Source: Lentisphaeria bacterium (GTDB taxonomy: Bacteria; Verrucomicrobiota; Lentisphaeria; Victivallales; Victivallaceae). Taken from it: a DNA stretch of 64,000 nucleotides. The stretch lies in assembly GCA_017462015.1 (NCBI GenBank), contig JAFTRX010000078.1:42740-106739 (forward strand), read 5' to 3'. Positions 38,032 to 46,478 of this stretch are shown piece by piece; the first letter of the stretch is position 1; each line of letters begins with the position of its first letter. Position numbers and translations under genes: made by a program. The notes beneath the pieces were generated by a model. It had not been told where the DNA came from and searched no databases. It saw only the letters and a list, made by a program, of their open reading frames with translations.

Positions 38032-38373
38032 ATGAGTATTTTGACCATTTTATGCTACGCGTTGATCGTGGTGATCGCGCTTTTGCTGATCGGGTTGATC
38101 ATGATTCAACCGTCAAAATCCGGCGGAATGGGTGCTGCATTCGGCGGTATCGGTGAGACATTCGGCGGCAAGGCCGGAAGTCATTTGACCAAAACGACCG
38201 TCATCCTGACTGCGCTATTTTTTGCCGTGGCGCTGGCGTTGGCAGCATTCATCGGACATGGCGGCGGAAGCGCGAAGGTGTCGGATGAGTTTGCCGCTGA
38301 GTTGAACCGGAGTGAGGAAGCCAAGCCGGAAGTTAAATCCGAAGCGAAGCCGGAAGCCAAGCCGGCGAAGTAA
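38032..38373 (+). CDS. secG: Preprotein translocase subunit SecG
   Basis: The first TM, then IMIQPSKSGGMGAAFGG, then a second TM. It sits in the classic position after tpiA. Confidence 0.85.
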   Translation: MSILTILCYALIVVIALLLIGLIMIQPSKSGGMGAAFGGIGETFGGKAGSHLTKTTVILTALFFAVALALAAFIGHGGGSAKVSDEFAAELNRSEEAKPEVKSEAKPEAKPAK

Positions 38374-38388
38374 GAAAGAGGCATTATA

Positions 38389-39168
38389 ATGTTCAGTGCA
38401 GCCAAAAGAATTGCAGTTTCAACCGTGTTGTTCACCCTTTTTGCTCTCGAAGCAGCAGGGGTCGGCAATGTTGTTTTTGAGCGCGTTCACATCAAGGTTT
38501 CACTGATCGAAGCGGCAGAGGTGCGTTACAATGCATCTTTGCCGTTGAATATGGGACGGCGGCAGCCGGAAAACCGTTGGGTGATGATTGCCGTCGAGTA
38601 TACTCCCAAAACGAAAAATGTAACTTACGGCAAACGACGTGATAAGTCTGATGCCTACCTGCGGCATCAGCAATCCTGGCTGGATAATGTGGATCTCCGT
38701 TTGCGTGTGATTTTTGACAGTATCGGTTCAGACGGCAAACAGGAGAAGGTCATGCTGGATGGCATCACCAGTTTCTGGACAGTGAAGCTGGATGATACCA
38801 AACATGTTGCCGTCATGTTTATTCCGGCGTATCTGATCGATCGCCACTATGTGCAAATTCCGCGCAGCAGCAAAGCCCAGCGTAATCGCAAAGTCAATGT
38901 TTCGGGTATTGTCGCACGGAAGATCAAAGAGAGTGATTTGGTTGTGGAAGCTGTATTCACTGCGGACGGTGAGGAACTTGCCAGTGCATACTGTAATGTT
39001 GGCGTGAGCAATCTTGTCAGAGCGAAGAATAAATTTGAACGGATGGTCGGGCAGGTTCCCGGACATCTGTATTTCAAGGGGGCGGTGCTTTCCAAAGGTA
39101 AATCACCGTGGGCGTTCTATAATATCAATCATTTTGACCCGGAAAAACCCGCAGTGCAGAACAGGTGA
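38389..39168 (+). CDS. Exported protein of unknown family, first gene of the pilus-like cluster
   Basis: 259 aa with an N-terminal hydrophobic signal/anchor (RIAVSTVLFTLFALEAAG). AAGAAAGAGG lies upstream. The start is 15 nt after secG. Confidence 0.6.
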   Translation: MFSAAKRIAVSTVLFTLFALEAAGVGNVVFERVHIKVSLIEAAEVRYNASLPLNMGRRQPENRWVMIAVEYTPKTKNVTYGKRRDKSDAYLRHQQSWLDNVDLRLRVIFDSIGSDGKQEKVMLDGITSFWTVKLDDTKHVAVMFIPAYLIDRHYVQIPRSSKAQRNRKVNVSGIVARKIKESDLVVEAVFTADGEELASAYCNVGVSNLVRAKNKFERMVGQVPGHLYFKGAVLSKGKSPWAFYNINHFDPEKPAVQNR

Positions 39169-39204
39169 CCGCGGCAGGGCAGCAGAAAAGTGTGGTATTG
39201 AAAT

Positions 39205-41031
39205 ATGACAAAAGAAAATAAAGTTCTGACGATAGACATCGGCGGAGAAAATCTCAAGATGGCGGAATTTCATTTCCCGGAAAACGGTGGTATGGTTATG
39301 CATGCCTTCGCTTTCCGGAAAATGGTTCGTGAAGAGGGGGAGAGCAGCCGCGATATGTTCAGCCGTTATTACAACGAGCTGATTGCAGAAGGCGGTTTTA
39401 CCGCGACCAATGTGCGTCTTTCGCTTTCTGCACAAAACTCTTTTCAGCGGTTGAGCAAACTGCCGCCGGTTCTCGGCAGCCGTGATGCTATCGACCGGTT
39501 GATCGAATTTGAAGCCTCGCAGACCATGCCCTACGCTATTGAAGATATCGAATGGGGATATCAGCTGCTCTATCATGAATGGGATGAAATGGTTCCTGAA
39601 GAGCAGGAAGATGGTTCCATCGCTGAAATCAGCGTTCACCGCAGTGAAAATGAAGCGCTTTTTATCGCGATGAAGAGTGATGATGTTGTTCCCTTTACCG
39701 AGGTCATTGAAGATTCCGGTAAAGTTGTTCTTTCTGTTGATGCAGCTCCCGTTGCGCTCTTCAACGCGGCGATGGCGGCGCAGATCAAAGATGATGAGTG
39801 CGCACTGCTGGTCAACATCGGTGGCGGTGCCACCAGTTTGATGATTGCGGACAAGCACCGGGTGTTCTTGCGTAATATTCCTACTGCCGGTGAATCAGTC
39901 ACTGCGCAGATCGCCCGTGAGTTTTCCATTGATAACAATCAGGCGGAAGACTTCAAGCGCCGTTACGGATTTGTTGCCCTCGGCGGTGCGTATGAAGAAC
40001 CTGAATCAGAGCTGGCATCCAAGATATCCAAAATCACCCGTAACGTTATGACCCGTCTGCATGGTGAAATCAGCCGTTCCGTCAGTTTGTGGCGGGCGCA
40101 GCACGGCGGATCTGCGCCGACGCGGATCCTGCTCGCCGGTGGCGGTTCCACGATGCAGTATACGACTGAGTTTTTCAATGAAAAGCTCCGTATTCCGGCT
40201 GAATATCTCAACACCTTCCCGCTGATCGGTATCGGCAGTGGTGTGGACAAGAACCTTCTTCAGTCGGTTGCGCCGATGTCACAGGCGTTGATCGGTCTGG
40301 GATTGCGGGAACTCGGACACGCGCCGCTGGACATCTCTTTGCTGCCGAAGGTCATCAAAAAGCAGTTTGACTTGAACAGCCGCAAGCCGTTTTTGTATGC
40401 CGCCGTCGGTACGCTTATCAGCAGTTTGCTTATCTTCGTTTTTGGATTGATGCTGCTGCGTACCCACGAGCAGAACCGGGTTGCCGCGATCCAGCAGGAC
40501 GTGGTCAAAGCTGAGAATGAAACCCGGAAGATCCAGCAGCTCAACAACGAATTGCTCAATTTGCAGGGGCAATTTGATGAGTCCATGAATTTCCTGCGCG
40601 ACCGCAACACCTGGGCGCGCATGATTTCCGAAATCCAGCGCAAGATGCCGGCAAATGTGTGGCTGGTTGCATTGGAGTATGACGGTGACCGCAAACTCAA
40701 CACCGTCGACACCGGCGAAAGTTTGGGCGGAGAAGAGGGCGAAATGAATTTGAACAAGGCAGACAATCCCAACAAGCGTATGTCGTTGAAAAATATTTCC
40801 AATCTTCAGAATATTACCAAAGTGCGTCTGGTCGGTTATGCCCGGGACAGTCACGATGATGGCGGTGCATCTATCAACGCATTTATTGAAGCGCTCCGCA
40901 AAGAGAGTCCGGAAGCACCGAGTTTCTTTGATGTCAACAACGTCAACCTCAACCGCAACCGGGTGGACGGAGTTTACAATTTGTCCTATTTTGAAATAAT
41001 ATTGACGCTCAAAGAGCAGCTCAGAAAGTAA
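39205..41031 (+). CDS. PilM-like actin-fold ATPase fused to a PilN-like bitopic segment
   Basis: PilM blocks are VLTIDIGGENLKMAEF, SVDAAPVALFNA, LVNIGGGATSLMIA, IPTAGESVTAQIAREFSIDNNQAEDFKR and ILLAGGGS. Then come ISLLPKV, a TM helix (FLYAAVGTLISSLLIFVFGLMLL) and a coiled coil, as in PilN. Confidence 0.75.
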   Translation: MTKENKVLTIDIGGENLKMAEFHFPENGGMVMHAFAFRKMVREEGESSRDMFSRYYNELIAEGGFTATNVRLSLSAQNSFQRLSKLPPVLGSRDAIDRLIEFEASQTMPYAIEDIEWGYQLLYHEWDEMVPEEQEDGSIAEISVHRSENEALFIAMKSDDVVPFTEVIEDSGKVVLSVDAAPVALFNAAMAAQIKDDECALLVNIGGGATSLMIADKHRVFLRNIPTAGESVTAQIAREFSIDNNQAEDFKRRYGFVALGGAYEEPESELASKISKITRNVMTRLHGEISRSVSLWRAQHGGSAPTRILLAGGGSTMQYTTEFFNEKLRIPAEYLNTFPLIGIGSGVDKNLLQSVAPMSQALIGLGLRELGHAPLDISLLPKVIKKQFDLNSRKPFLYAAVGTLISSLLIFVFGLMLLRTHEQNRVAAIQQDVVKAENETRKIQQLNNELLNLQGQFDESMNFLRDRNTWARMISEIQRKMPANVWLVALEYDGDRKLNTVDTGESLGGEEGEMNLNKADNPNKRMSLKNISNLQNITKVRLVGYARDSHDDGGASINAFIEALRKESPEAPSFFDVNNVNLNRNRVDGVYNLSYFEIILTLKEQLRK

Positions 41032-41046
41032 GCGGGGGGTGACACT

Positions 41047-42474
41047 GTGAACAGATTTACCAAAAAGAATATGGTGTTTATTTCGGTACTCTCCGCGTCC
41101 GGAGCTGTTGCCGCGATTTTGTTGATTTTCGCCGCGATCGTGTTGTTCGGTCTTCTGGACAGCATGGGAGAGACCAAGAATGCCCGCGCCCGCGTGGAGA
41201 AACTTACCCGCGCAAAACCGGCTCCGGGTGTGGAAAATGAAGAGCGTATCAAGAAAGACATCGAAGTCTATAAAGATGCCGCCAAGGGTATCCGTAAAGG
41301 ATTCAGCACTCCGTTGCAGCCGGCGGTGGATGCGTTCATCAAGGAGCTTGCCGCACCGGGAACACAGCAGATGAGCGAAGATCAGCAGGAGCGTTACCGG
41401 GTCAGAGACCCCAAAATCGATGAGATGGATGACGCGCAGAAGAAAAAACTGCCGATGCGCAAGTTGACGCTGGATGAGTTTAAAGAGTTCTACCGGGAAC
41501 GTTTTGAAGTTGAATGCGGCAATTACAGCGACCAGCGCAAAGATGCGTTGTCAACGCAGTCATTCTTCATCAACAACTTCCGTAAAAACTTCAGCAACTG
41601 GCAGAGTGCGGTCAGCAAATTTGTCGCAACTGCGCGCACAATTACTGCTGAACCTATCGGTACTACCAACGCCGTGGCGTTGTTGCTCAACGCGATGGGT
41701 TTTGTCCGTGCCGTGCCGGAAGAAGCAGAATTCAGCCGCCTGATGGAAGATTACCGCAGTGTGATAGAGAAAAAAGCGGAAAAAGGAAAACTCGGCATGC
41801 AGGCTGAAGCTGCCAACTTTATGTTGGGCAACAGCGGCAGTCAGAATGACAATGCGGTGAACCGCGGTTATGCTGCGGCTGATATCCGGGATGTCTTTTT
41901 CCACTGGGATGTTTTCGGCAACATCGTCGATCATCTTTGCAATGGAAAGATAAAGATTCTTCACAACATCCGTGTCCGTGATTTTGCAGAAAATCCGGAA
42001 GAAGGACGCAAGCTCGGTAACTTTCGGGAGACTGTCGGCAGTTATCAGGTGTATCACTACACGGTCGAAGTTTCCGGTTCCATGGAGAGTATTCGTGCGT
42101 TTTGCCAGAGCTTGGATCAGTCCTGGAAGCAGCGGAGATTTTATGTGGTTCGCGCGGTTACGCTTTACGCAGAAGAAAATGGTGCTGCTATTCTGATGAA
42201 GCAGGAAGCAATTGCCAAGAGCGAGAATAATTCCGGCAGCGGCGAGGAAGAAGTTTCCCGCGGCCGGCGCCTCCGCCGCCGTACCACGCAGAACAACAGT
42301 GATGATGCCAATAATCAGCAGAACGAAGAGGATTTGCGCCGTCAGGAAGCTGAACGTATCAAACGGATGAAAGTTCATGAACGTCCGGGATACGGTGCAG
42401 TGCTGATCGGTATCGGTGATATGTATCGTGCATTTGTTGACTTTGACTATGTCGTTCTCGACAAAAATCAGTAA
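41047..42474 (+). CDS. N-terminally anchored protein of unknown family (possible PilO/Amuc_1100-like role)
   Basis: 475 aa with a GTG start behind a G-rich SD. One TM (MVFISVLSASGAVAAILLIFAAIVLFGLL) is followed by charged helical regions. The C-terminal portion is alpha/beta-like (YHYTVEVSGSMESIRAFCQSL...FYVVRAVTLYAE). Confidence 0.6.
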   Translation: MNRFTKKNMVFISVLSASGAVAAILLIFAAIVLFGLLDSMGETKNARARVEKLTRAKPAPGVENEERIKKDIEVYKDAAKGIRKGFSTPLQPAVDAFIKELAAPGTQQMSEDQQERYRVRDPKIDEMDDAQKKKLPMRKLTLDEFKEFYRERFEVECGNYSDQRKDALSTQSFFINNFRKNFSNWQSAVSKFVATARTITAEPIGTTNAVALLLNAMGFVRAVPEEAEFSRLMEDYRSVIEKKAEKGKLGMQAEAANFMLGNSGSQNDNAVNRGYAAADIRDVFFHWDVFGNIVDHLCNGKIKILHNIRVRDFAENPEEGRKLGNFRETVGSYQVYHYTVEVSGSMESIRAFCQSLDQSWKQRRFYVVRAVTLYAEENGAAILMKQEAIAKSENNSGSGEEEVSRGRRLRRRTTQNNSDDANNQQNEEDLRRQEAERIKRMKVHERPGYGAVLIGIGDMYRAFVDFDYVVLDKNQ

Positions 42475-42486
42475 GGGGAGGCGGTT

Positions 42487-43806
42487 GTGAATTTCTTTAA
42501 GCGTTATTATGACAAAGTTATTCTTTTGTCGTTGTTTGTGCTTTTTGTGGCACTGATGATCACGGTGTTGTCTGTTCATCAGCAGACCCGTGAAATCACC
42601 CCGGAGCAGTTGCGGCTGCCCCGGCGCCGTCCGGACCACGTTTGCGTGACCCCGGAACACGATGTATACAAATATAACAGCAGATGGAACGAGCTGCAGA
42701 TGAAATGGCAGCCCGCCGGTAATAATTCCGACTTGGTCAGCCCGCAGAAGTTGGCGGTGTGTCCGTATTGCGCGGAAAAGGTGAACAGTGCACGTTTGAC
42801 GTTGATCCCGTTTTCTGCATTCGATGGAAAAAAATCCTGCCCCGTTTGTGCGACAAAGTTGGAAAAGCCCACTGAAACCCAGATGTCCGGTCGTGTTATC
42901 ACCGCCAACGACAGTGATGGTGACGGTATTTCCAATGAAGATGAACGCAAATATGGTTTGAATCCGGAAGATGAACGTGATGCCGCGTATGATATGGACG
43001 GCGATGGTTTCAGCAACCGGTACGAAATCGCGCAGAAAAAGCGTCCCAACGATGCGACCGACCATCCGCCGCTCTGGTATCGTCTCCGTGTCGTTGACGT
43101 GCGTACGGTTGAATTGCCCATCCGCTTCATGGGTGTAAACACCAACAACAAGAGCGATAAAAAGAGCTGGGAGATCCAGTACAATTTGCCGCGTACATCA
43201 CGCCGCGGCAAGGTGCGTATCGAAAGTAACTTCGTCTATATCGGTGATGAAATTTCCGTTGACGAAAATGATAACCGCCGTTATGTGATCGTCGATGTTC
43301 AGCGTCTGCCTGATAGTGCCGATAAGGGTGATGAACAGGATAAGAAGGATAAAGCCGCCGCCAAGAGTGACGGCGCTGAAAATGAATCTTCCAACACCGG
43401 TAAGTTTAAGATCAAACTCCGTGAAGTTTTGGAGCCCGGCAGCAAAGCGCGTCCGGAGGAGTTGGAACCGATCACCCGCGAACCGACATATTCTAACGAC
43501 TTGCGTCCGGTGCTGCAGGATACCGGTCGTCCCGGTTCGCAGCCGATCGTCAGACGTATCAACGCCGAGGTCGTGATCGAGCGTACGGTTCAGGTCGCCC
43601 GCGGTCGTCGTCCTTACCGGGAAAGATACCGTATCGTCAAGGTTGATCACAAGACCAAGCATGTGACCATTGTCAAAGGCGGCAGTATGGATGACGAAGA
43701 TGATAAAAATGTTGAAAAGTTCGTCATCACGCCGGAAGGCAAAGTCCCGCGTGAAGACTGGGTCGTTGAAGGTAAGACGCAGGAAAATGCTTCTGCTGAA
43801 CAATAA
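42487..43806 (+). CDS. N-terminally anchored protein with a CxxC-X26-CxxC zinc ribbon and two DxDGDG calcium-loop motifs
   Basis: 439 aa with a GTG start behind AGGGGAGG. The TM is VILLSLFVLFVALMITVLSV. It carries CPYCAEK...CPVCATK, plus NDSDGDGISNEDE and DMDGDGFSNRYE. Confidence 0.6.
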   Translation: MNFFKRYYDKVILLSLFVLFVALMITVLSVHQQTREITPEQLRLPRRRPDHVCVTPEHDVYKYNSRWNELQMKWQPAGNNSDLVSPQKLAVCPYCAEKVNSARLTLIPFSAFDGKKSCPVCATKLEKPTETQMSGRVITANDSDGDGISNEDERKYGLNPEDERDAAYDMDGDGFSNRYEIAQKKRPNDATDHPPLWYRLRVVDVRTVELPIRFMGVNTNNKSDKKSWEIQYNLPRTSRRGKVRIESNFVYIGDEISVDENDNRRYVIVDVQRLPDSADKGDEQDKKDKAAAKSDGAENESSNTGKFKIKLREVLEPGSKARPEELEPITREPTYSNDLRPVLQDTGRPGSQPIVRRINAEVVIERTVQVARGRRPYRERYRIVKVDHKTKHVTIVKGGSMDDEDDKNVEKFVITPEGKVPREDWVVEGKTQENASAEQ

Positions 43807-43853
43807 TTTCTGAAATGAATTAAAAATATAATATATCGGAAGGGATTGTGGAA

Positions 43854-46457
43854 ATGATGAAACCATCCATCGTAGTTGCGGGAATGTGTTCGCTTTTGTT
43901 CTGCTTCCAGGCCGGAGCTGCTGAAGCAGCCGGTGCCGGAGCGGGAACAGCAGCTCCCGTCAGCAAAGCAGAAGCAGATCACCGCAGTGATCTGGTCGCA
44001 ATGTACGAAGGTCAGGAAGACCGGATAAAGCAAGCCAGAGAGTTGGTCAAAAAAGGTAAATATCCGGAAGCGATCGACCTCTATCTTGATGTCCAGGGTG
44101 AACTTGATCTGCTGTGCAACGGTTCGGGAGCTGTCGAAAGCTGGAAAGCGCGCAAACGCTATGCCGAAGTTGGTGCTGAGCTGAATAAAGTCAGACGCCA
44201 GTTCGGAGAGATTTTGTTGCGTAAATCCAAAAATGCTTTCAACGACGCCAAGTACAATGATGCGATTTCGTTCGCAACAGAGCTCGCCAAGTTCTGTCCG
44301 GCGATGCTGGAAGATGCTGAAGAGATGAAGGTTCTCTCCCAGAGCAGACAGCGCGGTGAAGAACGGCTCAATGATGCCTCTCCGGATCGGCTTTATCCTG
44401 ATCTGAAAGGTAATGAACAGAAGATTGCCGCCGCGCTTGCTGAAGCCAAAGTATTTATGCGTAATCGTAAATTTGAAGAGGCGCGCCGCCGGATCGAAGC
44501 GGTCTACAAGCTCAATCCGTTCAACGCGGAAGCGGCATATCTTGCCAATCAGATTTACTCAGAATACTACACCGCCGGTTATCATCGCGCGCAGGCTGAT
44601 GTGCGCAGTCTGATGGCGTTTGAAGCGTGGCAGTGGGTGGAACCTGTCTTTTACCGTAATGTCAGCAAGGTCGATGTTGATGATGGACAAATCAAGGGTG
44701 TCAGCGATGAGCGCATCCAGAGTCTTTTGGATACTATCGTTTTCCCGACGGTCAAATACACTGAAACCAACATCCGCGACGTGGTCAAGCATTTGATGCG
44801 TCTCAGCGCGAATCTGGACAACAGCACCGAACAGAAAGACAAAAAAGGTGTTATTATCGACTATATCGCCATGAGCGCCGCTGCCGAAAAGGCCGCAGAA
44901 GAGGCGAAGAAGGCGGCCGCGGCTGCCGATGCTGCCAGAGATAGTGATGCGGCGGAGAATCTTGATGCTCCCCCCGCTCCGACTCCTGCCAAAGGTGAAA
45001 ATGCCGATGCCGCAGCTCTGGAGGAACCGCAGGAAAAATTGGTTACGCTCAACGTCAGCAACGCAACGTTGCGTGAAGTGCTGGATTACATCTCATTCTT
45101 GACCGATCTTCCTTACCGTGTATTGCCTGACCGCATCGTTATCGGTGCCGTCGGTGACAACGTGACGGAAGAAGTTTTTGTGGTCGCACCGGAAGCGGTC
45201 GCGATGATTACCGGTGACACCAACAACCAGCCTGATGATGCCGGTGAGGCAGAAGGTGAAAAAGATGGTGGCAAAGGCGGTGACAGTGAAGGTGAATTGA
45301 CTACCGGAAAAGTGCTGGATGTCGATATCAACCCGGATTTGCTCAAAAAGTTTTTTGAAGGCTTCGGAGTCAGTTTCCCCGAAGGCAGCAGCGTGGTTTA
45401 TGAAAACGGTAAGATCCGCATGGTGAACTCGCAGGAGAATCTTAATAAGGTCAGTGAACTGCTCCGCCAGCTCAATGCGCCGCAGCCGATGGTGCAGATC
45501 GAACTCAAGAGTATTGAAATTTCTGAAAATGATATGGAAGAACTCGGTTTCAACTGGTCACTGGGAACTATCGGACGCAGCAATGGTCACGAGAGCTCCT
45601 GGAGTTCCGGTCAGGGAATCAATGCTCAGATGGGCAGGGCGTTGAATGCGCTTAGCAGTTCCATTACCGGTGCCGGTGCGACACTGGTCGATAACTTGAG
45701 CATCTTCCCGGATCTGTTCGGTTCCATCAAGCCGTTCGATTCCGATACCGCGCTCAACCTTTCTCTGACGATCAACGCACTTGACCGCAGTGACCGTACT
45801 GAAATGATCTCTGCTCCCAGTGTTATCGTTGCCGATCAGAAGACGGCAGACGTCAACTTGAGTACTGTTTACTACTTCCCGGAAAGCTGGGAAGAACTGG
45901 AAGTTGAATTGGATGGCGGTGACGGCGACAGTGGTTACCGGGTCACCATTACGGCTCCGATGCCGGAATTTGACGAACAGACTGACGTCGGTACGGTGTT
46001 CAAGGTTACTCCGCATATCAAAAAGAACCGTATCATCGGTCTCCATCTGATTCCTAAGGTTTCGAGTTATGTCGGCAAGGACAGCTTTGCAGTTCCGGTT
46101 GTGATTGAACGTTACAATACGCAGAATAGGCGTTTTGAAGTGGATAATGCGCTTTCCAAGAGCTTTGAGGTCTGGAAGCCGGTTATTGCCAACCGGGCGC
46201 TGGATGTCCAAGTCAACGTGTTTGACGGAGAAACGCTGGTGTTGGGAGGATTGTCCGACAGTATTGTTTCAACGCGTCTGGATAAGATTCCGATTCTTGG
46301 AGACATTCCTTTCATCGGACGGTTGTTCCAGTCTCAGTCTGAAATGTCCACCCGCAAGAACATGTTGATTTTTGTTACGGCGCGTCTGGTCGATAATGCC
46401 GGCTTGCCGATCAATGCATTGGAAAAACATGGCGGCATTCCGGATGTTAACCGTTAA
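43854..46457 (+). CDS. Secretin (GspD/PilQ superfamily) with a TPR-like N-terminal module, copy 1
   Basis: The C-terminal secretin signature reads LVLGGLSDS...KIPILGDIPFIGRLFQSQSEMSTRKNMLIFVTARLV. It has a signal peptide (MMKPSIVVAGMCSLLFCFQAGAAEA). The track GTG at 43848 is an alternative start. Confidence 0.85.
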   Translation: MMKPSIVVAGMCSLLFCFQAGAAEAAGAGAGTAAPVSKAEADHRSDLVAMYEGQEDRIKQARELVKKGKYPEAIDLYLDVQGELDLLCNGSGAVESWKARKRYAEVGAELNKVRRQFGEILLRKSKNAFNDAKYNDAISFATELAKFCPAMLEDAEEMKVLSQSRQRGEERLNDASPDRLYPDLKGNEQKIAAALAEAKVFMRNRKFEEARRRIEAVYKLNPFNAEAAYLANQIYSEYYTAGYHRAQADVRSLMAFEAWQWVEPVFYRNVSKVDVDDGQIKGVSDERIQSLLDTIVFPTVKYTETNIRDVVKHLMRLSANLDNSTEQKDKKGVIIDYIAMSAAAEKAAEEAKKAAAAADAARDSDAAENLDAPPAPTPAKGENADAAALEEPQEKLVTLNVSNATLREVLDYISFLTDLPYRVLPDRIVIGAVGDNVTEEVFVVAPEAVAMITGDTNNQPDDAGEAEGEKDGGKGGDSEGELTTGKVLDVDINPDLLKKFFEGFGVSFPEGSSVVYENGKIRMVNSQENLNKVSELLRQLNAPQPMVQIELKSIEISENDMEELGFNWSLGTIGRSNGHESSWSSGQGINAQMGRALNALSSSITGAGATLVDNLSIFPDLFGSIKPFDSDTALNLSLTINALDRSDRTEMISAPSVIVADQKTADVNLSTVYYFPESWEELEVELDGGDGDSGYRVTITAPMPEFDEQTDVGTVFKVTPHIKKNRIIGLHLIPKVSSYVGKDSFAVPVVIERYNTQNRRFEVDNALSKSFEVWKPVIANRALDVQVNVFDGETLVLGGLSDSIVSTRLDKIPILGDIPFIGRLFQSQSEMSTRKNMLIFVTARLVDNAGLPINALEKHGGIPDVNR

Positions 46458-46478
46458 TTCTGCCGAAGGAGTGATAAC

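Noticed and set aside
41560-43065. 501-aa minus-strand ORF inside the pilus-like cluster.
   Set aside because: It is antisense to two plus-strand genes that have SDs, TM anchors and tight operon spacing. It has no start context or motifs of its own.
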